From the NCBI GenBank assembly GCA_951406725.2, contig OX597815.1:94550001-94614000 (forward strand): a DNA stretch of 64,000 bases, read 5' to 3'. The notes under the pieces were generated by a model. That model was not told the DNA's origin. It did no database searches and was given only the letters and a program-made list of their open reading frames with translations. Shown piece by piece: positions 26,148 to 38,505 of this stretch. This DNA comes from Octopus vulgaris. Lineage: Eukaryota. Position numbers and translations under genes: made by a program. The stretch's first letter is position 1. Every line of letters starts with the position of its first letter.

Positions 26148-27253
26148 CAGTGTAAGCGTGTCTACCTATGTATATTTTAGAAAAATCTTCAAACTTTTAT
26201 ACATCTAAATCCTCACTTTTATCAGAATCTATCCACTCCTTATCTCCACGATCTAAGAAATCAAGTAAACATGATCAATCCAAGTCATAAATTGCATGTA
26301 TTTGGTGCAGTCACAACTGCTCAACATACAACCACAGACTGTCTCCTCGGATCCTATAGGATTTCAAGTCGGCCGACTGGGCGAGTCCGCCAGGCTTATA
26401 TTACTTAACCTTGGCATCGTTTGAGCTTCGATCCTGACCTTTCAGGAACGCTAGACCGTTTCCCATTTAGACAGGTCCCTTTATATCATATACACAACAA
26501 AAATTCAAAGTAGTATAGTCATGGTTGTGTTTCAGTCGATCTGGAAAAATGCAAAGCTTAAAATACCGGTATAATGTCCACTTCTGAAAACTGTCCGAGT
26601 TCACCAAGTAATTAAAATCTTGAATGATCACTATCCAGATTGCAAAGAATATCTCTTTAGCATCAGAACGCTCTCAAGCTCTCCCTGATTCTCATACTAC
26701 AACCGATTCTTTTGATCCCTTGCGAAAAATATATCCACCAAAATTGCGTTGTCATTATAAAATGATGATTTCGTTAAAAGTTCTCCATCTAGAAAAAAAA
26801 AAAAACCCCTGCACATTCGCTTGCTGATACGTTACACATCTTCATCCTTTCTTTTCAAAAAGCTTCGCACCGGCCATAAACACACCCCAGGCACTTTAGT
26901 ACTTCCAACTCCATCACACAAGGCAGAGCATTGGCCTTAGTAATGTTCTTTCTGTTGGATTTGAATAATGCGCCAACAATTTACTGCTAAACACACCAAA
27001 GTATTTAATCGCCCAGTATATGCAATATATACTCCAACTTTTGTAATCATGCTTCAGCTATGACACCATTGCTCTCATCTCTGACATCTTCAATGTAATA
27101 GAGAGTGCCATTAGCATTGATGTCTCTCTCTCTCACTTCTCTGTAATCGAGAGTAGAGCTTCCGCAGAGTCACAGGTGACCTATCTTCTTGCGTCACTAA
27201 CTGCATTCTCTCATTGGAAAAAGTTTGGAGAAAGTAACATTGCTGCTATAAAC

Positions 27254-27330
27254 CAGCGGTTCTCAACCACTTTTTACCTATGGATCCCTTTGATTTCTAT
27301 TTCATTCAGGTGGATCCTCGTTGCCATTTA
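27254..27330 (+). mobile_element. hAT (Charlie-like) terminal fragment
   Basis: CAGCGGTTCTCAACC is a typical Charlie-type TIR start. No partner end identified. Confidence 0.4.
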
Positions 27331-27456
27331 ATGTTTTAAAAAATCTGTTGATGTCAAAGAAATAGTGAAATACAGATCGAAACAAATACGAGAAACTACA
27401 CGATTAGTTGTGTGTGTGTAATTGTACACGCATACACACACAAACATATATATGTA

Positions 27457-27523
<67 letters not shown>

Positions 27524-27651
27524 GTAAATATTAGAGATCCAACTTTGAATACGTTAACTCTAAGTGCTAGAAATAGCTCCAACCGGTAAAGTCGCCAACG
27601 ATAATTCCACATAGAACGCTATGAAATTGAATTACAACTAAATAATGGATT

Positions 27652-27730
27652 AATGTTGTACAATTGTTTCCTCGTTAACAAAATTTGCAGATTATACTTA
27701 CATAATTGTCTATGATTCGTCAGCAACATT
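27652..27730 (-). ncRNA. Type I hammerhead ribozyme, inverted copy
   Basis: Reverse complement of 28172-28250 with two substitutions, both in stem II. Confidence 0.75.
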
Positions 27731-28171
27731 TGTCAATATAATTGATCAGACCCTTACAAGCGACGATTCTCACATGGTCTGATGAATTACATTCAGGCTT
27801 GTAGTTACAAATTTCTCGCCGAAAGTAAATGCTAAGTGGAATACCGGTTGGAGCTATTTCTAGCACTTAGAGTTAACATATTCAAAGTTGGCTCTCTAAT
27901 ATTTACGGATAAATATGAATTTGTATCCCCGGTTTTTTGTGCTAGGTCGCTTGGTGTTAAAATAAGGGTATTATTGAATTAATATCTATAATTTTATTCA
28001 CCCTCATTATTGAATGTATTGATTTGATATGCTGCAGTAAATATTACATGCGGTATTCACTTCCACTTAGCATTTACTTTCGGCGGGAAATTTGTAACTA
28101 CAACCCTGAATGTAATTCATCAGACCATATGAGAATCGTCGCTTGTAAGGGTCTGATCAATTATATTGACA

Positions 28172-28250
28172 AATGTTGCTGACGAATCATAGACAATTAT
28201 GTAAGTATAATCTGCATATTTTGTTAATGAGGAAACAATTGTACAACATT
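28172..28250 (+). ncRNA. Type I hammerhead ribozyme (predicted cut GUA, after 28243)
   Basis: AATGTTG-CTGACGA-[long imperfect stem II TCAT..GACAA..TATGTA/TGCATA..TTGTT..ATGA]-GAAA-CAATTG-TA-CAACATT. Perfect 7-bp stem I and palindromic stem III ACAATTGT. A-G mismatch at the base of stem II. Confidence 0.8.
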
Positions 28251-28497
28251 AATCCATTATTTAGTTGTAATTCAATTTCATAGCGTTGACTGTAGTGCTA
28301 TTTCTATGTGGAATTATCGTTGGCGACTTTACCGGTTGGAGCTATTTCTAGCACTTAGAGTTAACATATTCAAAGTTGGCTCTCTAATATTTACGGATAA
28401 ATATGAATTTGTATCCCCGGTTTTTTTGTGCTAGGTCGCTTGGTGTTAAAATAAGGGTATTATTGAATTAATATCTATAATTTTATTCACCCTCATT

Positions 28498-28547
<50 letters not shown>

Positions 28548-28551
<4 letters not shown>

Positions 28552-29100
28552 GTCTGATCAATAAGCATTCAGACTGTTGGTAAAGTCACTTGACACAGAT
28601 TGATAGTAAACTTTGTTGTGCATGTGCACTAAGTTTTAACGTTCTAGCTCACTTCTGTTGCTCACAGCAGTGCTTGGAAGGAAGGTGTGTAGTGTGTGAT
28701 CGTCGCATTGACCGTGATAGAGAAAGTTGCCATGGAAATACTTGTTCAGAGGCAGACGCAAAGTTGCAGAAAATGTATGGAGAGGAGTGTATGAGCCGCA
28801 CACAAATGTACGAGTGGGTTAGACGTTTCCAAGGAGGCCGGAAAAATGTCGTTATTGATAAACATCCTGGGAGACTCGCAACCAGCAGAACTGAGAAAAA
28901 CGTCACAGATGTGCGTGCAGCTGTCAGGGGAAATCGTCGAATCACCGTCCGATTAGTTACGGTTCAGTTCAGTCCATTATTACTGAAGATTTGGGTATGA
29001 GATGCCCAAACTGCTTTCAGGTCTATCGGGTTTCGGTTGCACAAAATCTCATTGATTGTGTCAACAATGATGAAAACATTTTGAAAATTTCGCGTAGACC
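28548..29100 (+). mobile_element. mariner transposon 5' part (TIR plus HTH region)
   Basis: TA then TGAGGTCTGATCAATAAGCATTCAGACT (TIR-like). LQKMYGEECMSRTQMYEWVRRFQGGR..V....PGR..TSRT..NV..VRAAVRGNRRITVR. Confidence 0.85.
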
Positions 29101-29187
29101 TCTGAGCAGGTAGTGCCAAGATTTTGGCAAAATTTTCCCCTCCTTGATGTTTCCCTTTCCAAAAAAAAAAAAAGAAAGAAAAAATGT

Positions 29188-30240
29188 ATTTCCAGCATTA
29201 GCCTCGTAGAGCTTTCCTTCATCTCAAAGTCATGTTTCACTCAGTGCAGCAATATCGACTTTGAGTCTGGCGTGTTTTTAAGAGACGAGGGTAGTTTGTC
29301 TTTCGGTTTCTGTCGGAGTTGTCTATGTCCAAAAGACTTCCCACGTTCGCAGTTCCTAAGGTTAGTTTCGCTTAGGCCTTGGGATTTCAGCTGAATCCAG
29401 ATTTAGTGTTACAACTGCATTAATTGTGACCCGCCGAGTGCAAGTACCCGGCTAGGTACTGAAAATGAATTCCGATGCTTTGTCTTCGTTTTTATCTGGC
29501 CTTACCCGTTGGGGTGGGCAGTGGTAGTCCTGAAAAGGCCTGCCCAGACACAAGAGTAGGATCAGAGCGCCAAGTAGTCACAAGGTCATGGGAAGGCAAC
29601 CGCCATACACCTGTTGCCAACGTGTAGGTCCGGATTATGAGCTCCCAGTTTCACCTAAAACTGCTTCCCTTATCCTTCAATCGACGTTGGACTTAATGAG
29701 TCATAGTTGAAGCATAGAAAAATGTGGGAAAGTAAGATGAGCAGGAGAAACACAGGAAATCCAAAGTTGCACTCAGGAAGAAATCCGATAGCGTGGGTTT
29801 GATTAAGGTGGATCACGACTTGCCAGGAGATGATCCATGCACTATGATTTCAAAAGTTTCCTTTGCGGCACATGCAGCATTGGAGATGAAACTGCAATGG
29901 ACTGCCGCAGATTCTAAATTATAGTTGAATTGCTCCTTCATAGACAGTCATTTTCCTCGTCCGTCAGCATAAACCTTTGAGAATATCTAACCATAAGAAT
30001 ATGAGAAGTTCTTCTTCCGCTGTTGGGAAGTAACTGGTTGACGGGGGAGAGTCAGCTTGTGGCTCTCCTTTGACAGATGCTGTTTTTGGCTGTGTTGGGT
30101 ATCCCATCACACCCTTCCCAAGGAAACATATTCAAAGAGAGCAGTCGCTTTAATCGGCGACACACCGACTTTAACCTGGGAGAGAAAGAGGTGCATGGTT
30201 GCCCGTTTCTGTCTCTAGATGAAGACAACCCAGATCCAAA
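29188..30240 (-). mobile_element. RTE-clade LINE 5' portion (5' region plus APE N-terminus)
   Basis: Minus strand 29370-29190 reads KLTLGTANVGSLLDIDNSDR(fs)..RQTTLVS*KHARLKVDIAALSET*L*DEGKLYEANAG, matching the RTE GTWNVRTL..RPERRTALV..EL....DIAALSETRL..EG pattern. The upstream extent is inferred. Confidence 0.7.
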
Positions 30241-30605
30241 TGTATATATATATGCATAATGTTTACGTTCTTATATACATATATATATATATATATTCAA
30301 ATTCCATATATATATATATATTCAATTTTTATAGGTGTATGTATATTAGTGTGAATATGTGTATACGTGTATGCGGACGTATGTGTATATGCATACATAT
30401 ATATGTGTGTATGTATGTTATGTATGTATATATATACGTTTATATATTTATTTATGTGTATATTCGAGTATATTAACATATATATATATATGTGTGTGTG
30501 TGTGTATGTGTGTGCGTATGCGTCTAAGCACGAACACACACAAGAAAAAGGTTTTCGTCTGAGTATTATCTTCCTTACAACTTCTACTTCCTTTTCTTTC
30601 TCTGT

Positions 30606-31772
30606 CAGCAGTGGCAGAAGTAAATAGCCACCCCATAAAACATCGTTTTATGGTCATTTTAACTTGACAAGGTTTATATATTTTTATTAATTGACATTTT
30701 TATGTTTCAGGCTCTATATGTGACTGCTTAATTATGTCATCATTCCACGTACAAAAGAAGCCTTGGAATTTTTTTAGAATTTCAAAGAGGCCGTATTGTG
30801 GGTCAATCTGAAGGTGAACTTTGAGATCACACTTTCTACAGTTAATATAGGAGAAGGATTAGACGTAATCCCATAGTGGTCGACTAGTGTCGTCTGACAG
30901 GACCCTTCACTTTGATGAGTGAAGTGTGGAGGATAATCTTCATTGCAAGGACTCTGAAATAGCAGAACAAGTTGATGTCAGTCCCAGAATAGCTGTCAAG
31001 TATCTCCACAAACTTGGTTACTATGACAGAGCAGCAAGAAGGAAGCCACTCCTTCGAGCAGCCAATATCAAGTCGAGAAAAGATTGGGCCAGTGAGATGG
31101 TGGAGAGGCCACTAGCATTTTGGGACGCCGTCATATTCTCTCATGAATCCAGACAGTGGTCGAGTGTGAGTCTGGTGACTCTGTGATTAAGAATTTGATG
31201 TGAAAAGATTGCAGCCAACGATGAAACACTGTGGCTATTTTGTGATGGTCTGGGGACCAATTTTGAGCGATGGTCGATCAGAGATGGTGGAGTGTGAGGG
31301 AAACATAAACTGAGATAAATATATGTCCATATTGCAAAAAGGACTCCTTCCAATCTTCTCCAGTGGTGAAATGATTAAAGAAGACTTTTTTATGGAAGAT
31401 ATGGTTCCTTATCACACAGATAAGAAGAGAATGGCATTAAAAAGCTTCCATGACCAAGCCAGATATGAAACCTATTGAACACCTCTTGGGCATAATGGAC
31501 AGGGCATTTTGTAAAAAGAACAAGAAAGCATCCGCAAAGCCAGACCTCTGGAGATTGCTGTATGAAACTTGGCAAGAAATACCTAAAGAGAATAGTTGTC
31601 GTCTGACCCGTAGTATGCCTAATAAAGTCCTTGCATTAAAAAATGCAAAGGGCATGCTACTAAACATTAGATATTCACATTATAATAATTACTAAATAGC
31701 TTGAATGTATAATTTCAGGCTTAAATAAATGTTAGCGATTATAAAGGCGTCTATTTACTTCTGTCATGTCTG
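30606..31772 (+). mobile_element. Tc1-family transposon, decayed, both TIRs present
   Basis: TIRs CAGCAGTGGCAGAAGTAAATAGCCACC / GGCGTCTATTTACTTCTGTCATGTCTG. Transposase motifs RAARRKPLL..R.DWA..W..VIFS(D>H)ES, VMVWG, PDMKPIEHL, W.EIP...L..SMP. Confidence 0.9.
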
Positions 31773-31986
31773 TGTGTGAGTGTATAATATATATAAATTA
31801 AGAAGAAGGAAGCAGTCACAATTTTGGGATAATTATTCATTAACACGTCCGTTAACTGAACTATTCAAGGTAATAAATCCACTTGAAGCGTTCGGTTAAA
31901 CGAACGAAAGTGTTAATGAAAAATTATCTCAAAACTCTGATTGCCTCCTTTTTAATATACAATATCTGTACACCACTTCAAACACA

Positions 31987-32017
<31 letters not shown>

Positions 32018-32481
32018 CATATGTGTGTACGTGCGCGCGCGCCCGTGTGTAGTATTGTACATGAACGTGTAAGTTACACAATTTCGGTATAAATAAAAGA
32101 TTACCTCCTTTGTTATTACTTCCAAAATTTACAAATTCTTCACTTACAAGTACTTACACCAAAATATTCATCTCATTTAAGTCAAAGGCACTAAGTGATA
32201 AAGAAGACTTTAAGTGTTCGCTCAACAGCTGGAAGTTGGGGGGTCAATCCCCCTAACACCGCATACATTCCTACCGTCTTAACAAAGGACAAAACCAAAT
32301 ACAGTATGCATTTGATTATTTACTTTCAGATATGCAATAAAGGGTAAGGCTGGAATGCTTCTTATAATCGATCGGGTTTCTTGATGCAGGTTGAGCATGT
32401 AGGAACATAAACGAATCGTCATATGCAAACTCTATGGCAATAGACAATAGAAAGTGCGCTATCTTTAAGATAGAGAGCTCA

Positions 32482-32566
<85 letters not shown>

Positions 32567-32624
32567 TATATCCATACGTATACGTACATACTTACATCCA
32601 TACGTATATATATATATATATGCT

Positions 32625-33240
32625 TATGTAGGCACAGGGCGTCATGAAGCGTGTACAACAAAAAAGTACGAAGCATGTGTACATGGAGCATGAACTATTC
32701 TTTCAAAGAACGAAAGACACAAATAGAAAACAAAAAAAAAACATAAAGAACGACCCTTCATCAGTTGTTGGCTGTTTTTCTGGTCTCGTCTTTCGAGTAT
32801 TTAACAACAATATAAGCTTTCGATAAGCAGTTGCTCCTGCAAAGAAAAAGAAAATTTGGGATTTTGCGGAGGGTCGGAATAGGTAACACAAACAGAACAG
32901 TGAAAACAAACAGGAAGGGCTGCTTAGCCTAAACGAGGTTGTGGTGGCGAACGCGTAAATCAAGCCAGGGCAGGAGACAAACAAGAACAAGTCTTCCTTG
33001 TTCCAGTTACAACGGAGAGAAAGAAAGAAATATGGCCGTTGGTCACGTGGGAACCACGTGAGCAAGGGAAGAGGAGTTAGAGAGAGAGATTGATAGAGTA
33101 ATAGGGTATTATAGTGGGAGAAGAGGAGGTAAAAGTATAAGAGAGAGAAAAAGAGAGAAAAGCAAAATAGTAAAAAGATCGTGTAGAGTGCGCATCAGAA
33201 TTAATAAGATAAAACCTACATGGAAGAAGATGCGTGATGT
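32625..33240 (-). repeat. Unclassified repeat, possibly pLTR-derived
   Basis: Purine-rich non-coding block next to (TA)n. CTGATGAAGGG on the minus strand (32754-32764) with no closing GAAAC. Confidence 0.3.
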
Positions 33241-33271
33241 TCAATCATATAATAATATAAATAATATATAT

Positions 33272-33400
33272 GGCGCAGGAGTGCCTGTTTGGTAAGTAGA
33301 CTGGCACCTTGGACAAGTGTCTTTTACTATAGCCTCGGGCCGACCAAAGCCTTGTGAGTGGATTTGGTAGACGAAGGCTGAAAGAAGCCCGTCGTATATA

Positions 33401-33474
<74 letters not shown>

Positions 33475-33684
33475 CTTTTGTGTCTGCCCGTGTCCCCTCA
33501 CCATCGCTTGACAACATATTTTGGTGTGTTTACGTCCCCATAGCGTAGCGGTTCGGCAAAAAGATGCCGATAGAATAAGTACTAGGCTTACAAAGAATAA
33601 GTCCTGGGGTCGATTTACTCGACTAAAAAGGCGGTGCTCCAGCATGGCCATAGTCATATGACTGAAAAAAATAAAATAAAAGAA
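33272..33684 (+). mobile_element. SINE family A
   Basis: GGCGCAGGAGTG head, internal (TA)n(TG)n, conserved 3' half. Confidence 0.9.
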
Positions 33685-33733
33685 TATATATATGCATATA
33701 TACACACATATATGTACATACTTACATCTATAC

Positions 33734-33794
<61 letters not shown>

Positions 33795-33830
33795 AACACA
33801 TATATAATATTAATAATGTATAAAGGCATG

Positions 33831-33869
<39 letters not shown>

Positions 33870-33873
<4 letters not shown>

Positions 33874-34297
33874 TTTTATTCGTTTCCTTGTTTCAGTCGT
33901 TTGACTGCGACCATGGTGGAGGATCATCTTGAAGGGTTTTGGTGGCGCAAATTGACCCCAGGACTTGCTTTTTAAAGCGTTATTCTATCGGTCTTTTTGC
34001 CGAACCGCTATGTTACAGGTACGTAATCACACCAACACTGGTTGTCAAGCGGTGATGGTGGACAAACAAACACAAAGACACACGCGCACATAGATAATAC
34101 ACACACACACGCACACCCACACATACATATATAAGACTGGATTCTTTCAGTTTCATTGTACTAAATCCATTCACAAGGCTTTGGTTGGCCCGAGGCCATA
34201 CTAGAAGACACTTGCCCAAGGTGCCACGCAGTGGGACTGAACCTGAAACCATGTGCTTGAGAAGCAAGCTTATTACCTCGCATTTGTCTGTTGCCAC
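33870..34297 (-). mobile_element. SINE family A
   Basis: Reverse complement of family A, including CTTGCCCAAGGTGCCACGCAGTGGGACTGAACC. Confidence 0.9.
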
Positions 34298-36774
34298 ATG
34301 AGTTTCTTTCTACATGCAATCATTTAATCGACAATTCTGTTTTATCATATCCCCACATACACAGTCGCACTCAGCGCTGACTTGTAGTAGTTTCGAAGCA
34401 AGTTTTTTGTGTCTCAAGCAAATACATTCCATGTACACATATTGAGTACTCTCTTACTTGTTTTTAACCACAAACGCGCACTCGTCTATATCTTCCCTCC
34501 TCCTCTCTCTTTATATATATGCTTGTGTGTGTGTGTCTGTGTGTGTGTTGTGTGTGTGTGTATGTGTGTGTGAAGTTTACTAACTAGTCCACTTATCTAT
34601 GTTAAATATATGGGTATTAGCTAAATCACTTGAACTGAGATTAAACGATAGCTTACTGTCTATGGTGAATTCAACATTTGCCTAATGAATCACTAACTAT
34701 TGTGGATTCCATGCTATAGTTGTTATACCTATGGGAAAAATTATCACATTATGTGTCGTGTCTAAAGCCAATTATACTTTCGACACAGACAAATCAGTGG
34801 TCTTAACGTTTTCCTAATTTTCTGAAGTGATAGATGTAGATGTGTTATTTTATTTTCGATTTTTTTTTTCGTCGAATAGGCTAATAAAAATAAAATTGAA
34901 TGCTTGGTTTACAATTGGCTTGTTCATTCTAACTACATATTGACCAATCTCTTGGTGTAAGATATAGCGTTAAGGACCATAAAACATTCTATGAATCAAC
35001 GATTCTGGGGAAGGATGTTAAGTAAAGGTCGATAAAATCTACTTTATACTAATGAAATTCACAGGAACTTCAAAGTTACAATGAAAGTTTCAAGGAAGGA
35101 AAGTATTATTTCTCATGAATAAAATACTATAAAATAAAAATATATATCCGGAGACATACCCAGGATACTAATCAACCAGAACATCTTACTTATCCATCAC
35201 ATCATTTCATTAATAGGTCTAGCGAAAGAGGATGATGGTATTTTTTCTTTCTATCTGTTGCAAATAAAGCAATGCTTTGATATATCTCTAAATAAAATTG
35301 TTTTAATGTGTAGACCATATATAAAGAGGATGTCTTTGAGAAAAGAAAGAGTGTAAAAAGCAAAGAAGAGGCGTGAGAGTGAGTTGGTATAATAAAGGAA
35401 ATATTAGCAGCGTGAAAGATCAAGTTGTTCTTTGATTAAAGATATAAAAAGTGACATCGGACATCATAATAAATCACTGTCGTAGAAATATATTATTTTT
35501 TTATGGGTGATTTAGTAAGTGGAGAGAGGAAAAGAGATAAACTGTAGGTTTAACAGTGTTTAGTTCGATGTATGTCGTCAATTCTCACATCAAAGTCTAT
35601 TGATTTAGATTTCATATTTTCTTCTTCCAGTGACGATAATATGAAGAATAGTATTGCGTTGAAATGGTAACATCATAGAATGGTAGGAAGCTTGCGGCAT
35701 GTAAAGACTGCGATGTATCCCACGATTCTTCAATCAAATGTGTCACTCAGTTTGAGCCTACACTCGGTTATTTTTCTGCAAGACTCAGTAACCCCGAGTG
35801 GATTCAATAGACACGCTTCTTTAATATATCTGAAGATACGAACAAAACAACAACAAACAAATTAATTGCTGCCGTTGCTAGATACATCTATTAGAGACGC
35901 TTATGTTATTGTCGATGATTAGTGAATTCCATTAAAAAATTGAACAAGCTGGTAATAGGTTTTTTTAAGTAGAAGTGTTCAAATTTAGTCACAAATTTTC
36001 CTATCTTAAGAACTGTTTACCATCTGTTGCAGATGTCCCTATCCTAAGAACTGTCTAACTTTCATATAACTATATACCAGAAGAAACCCTTGATTCCGTT
36101 ACAGTTTTTTTTCTCAGACGACGGAGGGACCGACACGAAGTATCAGATCAATCCCACTGCAAGCGAATTTATCCACTATCCCCAGCTTTAGTGTATAGTT
36201 TTTATGGACGTAGACACACACTAGGCCCCTCCGATTGTATTATATTGTATCCCAAAGGTAATAACCACATTTATAGCAATATCTATGAGAAGAGCTGAGA
36301 ATGGCTTCCTGTCGATAATGTGTTAAATACATACTGCAAAATTTCTGCACAATTATTGATAAATTCTGCTTCTAAAAGTTTGTATATCCATTGTTGATAA
36401 CTGATGGCCAGGTATGAATCATGGCGTCCTTACTGTTATAAAATTGTAATGATGACAAAAGCTCTAATCGTGTTAAACGTACACTCTGAATATGTGACTG
36501 TGACACAAGAAGTCACTTGAGTAAACGTTGTTAAAGCAAACTTTCACTGATGCCACTAAGATAGTAAGTGCTGAAATGTAGGCAAAGCTCTCAATAGAAA
36601 AATATGAATATAGCAAGACTGCAGAGAGAAAATAAAAACGAAAAATTTGAGAGCTTACTAGAAAAACTATTGGAAATTCAGGTGTAATTTTTCAGCAAGT
36701 GGAGGTATTTTTTGCTGTGATGGGGGCACATTAAAAGAAACCAGCAGTTCAAGCAATTAAGTGGCGCACGCACG

Positions 36775-36837
<63 letters not shown>

Positions 36838-37620
36838 TTGCATATACGTGAGTGTATTTTTTTTGTGTGTATTTTTATTTTACATCAATCCGAAAGGTTC
36901 TTTTCTTTACATGGAGATATTAAAAATTTATTCTTCTCGTAAATTTTGTTATCTACAGATGCCTTTTATCATAAGAGATTTACCTTTACTCCATTCAATA
37001 TTTATTAGCTGTACTAGCATTCAGTGATAACGTATTTAGCGGCAACAATAAATTTTGTACTATTTAGTGCATATTATCAGTACTTTTACGTGTTACTAAC
37101 GATATTTTCAGTATTAATGATAAGGGTGAATACATATGTATCGAAATTTTTGAAACCAAATGGACGCTTATATGATCCTATGGGAATTGAAGAGACAGGG
37201 CATATTCCCTTGTGAGTATGGCCTGGTAGCATGTATCCTGCTTTTGAAAATACATTTTTATGACGACTTAGTAGTATTGAGAAGATACAAACATCCCCTA
37301 AACTTCCTATAATGGATCCTGTAGAACATCCATTGTGTCAGAACCAGAGAAGGCTGCACTAATACTGGGATGGTACATATTTCCGGCTGATGCTCAAGGA
37401 CACAATGCCCCGCATGAGCTTAGAATAGAATCCATATAGCAAATCTCAGTAACACAGACGAACAGTAGAAAGTCACATAAAAATCTTGGAAAGATGCTGA
37501 TAGATAATAGTAATATTATTAAGGACAATAGTAATTTGCATTATACACAACAGGGCTTAAATTTTAGGGAGGCATTTCGAAGATTAAATGGATATGTTAT
37601 TGTTGAATATTACTTTATTA

Positions 37621-37830
37621 AAGGCGGCAGGCTGGCAGAAAAATTAGCGCGTCGGGCGAAATGCTTAGCAGTATTTCGTCTGTCTTTACGTTCTGACTTC
37701 AATTTCTGCGAAGGTCAACTTTGCCTTCCAACCTTTCGGGGTCGATAGGTTGCGTTCTGGAGTCGATCTAATCGATTGGCCTCATCTCCCAAAATGTCAG
37801 GCCTTGTACTTAGAGTAGAAAAGAATATCG
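37621..37830 (+). mobile_element. SINE family B
   Basis: AAGGCGGCAGGCTGGCAGAAA..TTAGC..GTCGGGCGAAATGCTTAGC..GTCAACTTTGCCTT..CCTTTCGGGGTCGAT. Confidence 0.8.
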
Positions 37831-38167
37831 GTCCCAGCTGAAGAAAACCTAAGTTGACTTCAGGGGGATTTGAACTCAAAACGTAAAATTACTCAACGCC
37901 GCAAAATATTATGTTTGCTACTCCAACACCGTAATGGCTCCAATCATAATGTTGGATATAACGTAAGTGTATTTTGCTAACAGCTGTTAGGAACTAATGA
38001 AGAATACAGTTCAAAGTGCACGACTTTAGCTACTACATAGAATCAGCCAATTTATTATACTTCTGAAGTGTTTATAATCTCTAATTGCCAACGCAGATCA
38101 TTACTAAGTTCCTTAGATCCTACCGTTAACACATTCGCATATACTTAATTTGACTTCATAAATAAAT

Positions 38168-38505
38168 AGCGCAGACATGGCTTTGTGATTAAGAATTGCA
38201 CTTTACAATCACATGGTTTTGGTTTCGGTCCCAATTAACGGTACCTTGGGCATGTGTCTTCTAACAAATATCAGGGCTGATCAATGATTTATGAGTGAAT
38301 TTTGTCAGCAAAAATTGCGTGGGACCTCTTCGTATGTATATGTTATTGTTGTTTTCACAACCCCGTAACTTAATGGGCCAGCAAAAGAATCCAATAAAGT
38401 AATACTAGACATAACTATTGGAGCCAATTTGATCAGCAAAACCCCTTTCAAAGTAGTGTTCCAGCATGGTCGCAATCCAATGAGTAAAAGAAAAGAAGAA
38501 AAGAA
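38168..38505 (+). mobile_element. SINE family A, old copy
   Basis: GCGCAGACATGGCT..CACATGGTT..GGTACCTTGGGCATGTGTCTTCTA..CCAGCATGGTCGCA. Confidence 0.7.

Larger units (their letters stand above)
27523..28504 (+). mobile_element. Retrozyme-like non-autonomous element 1 (about 488-nt period, ~1.35-mer, 5' inversion) in (TA)n
   Basis: 27843-28015 repeats at 28331-28504. 27523-27841 is the reverse complement of 28061-28395. (TA)n on both sides. Contains a hammerhead motif; non-coding. Confidence 0.8.

Noticed and set aside
27778-27835. CTGATGA...GAAAG on the + strand of the inverted arm (antisense hammerhead?)
   Set aside because: Stem II does not close onto GAAA, and there is no stem I pairing.
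36070-37400. Possible RLE-LINE C-terminal scraps (LLIDIA on -, KAAL..G..HI on +)
   Set aside because: Matches too short and on opposite strands.
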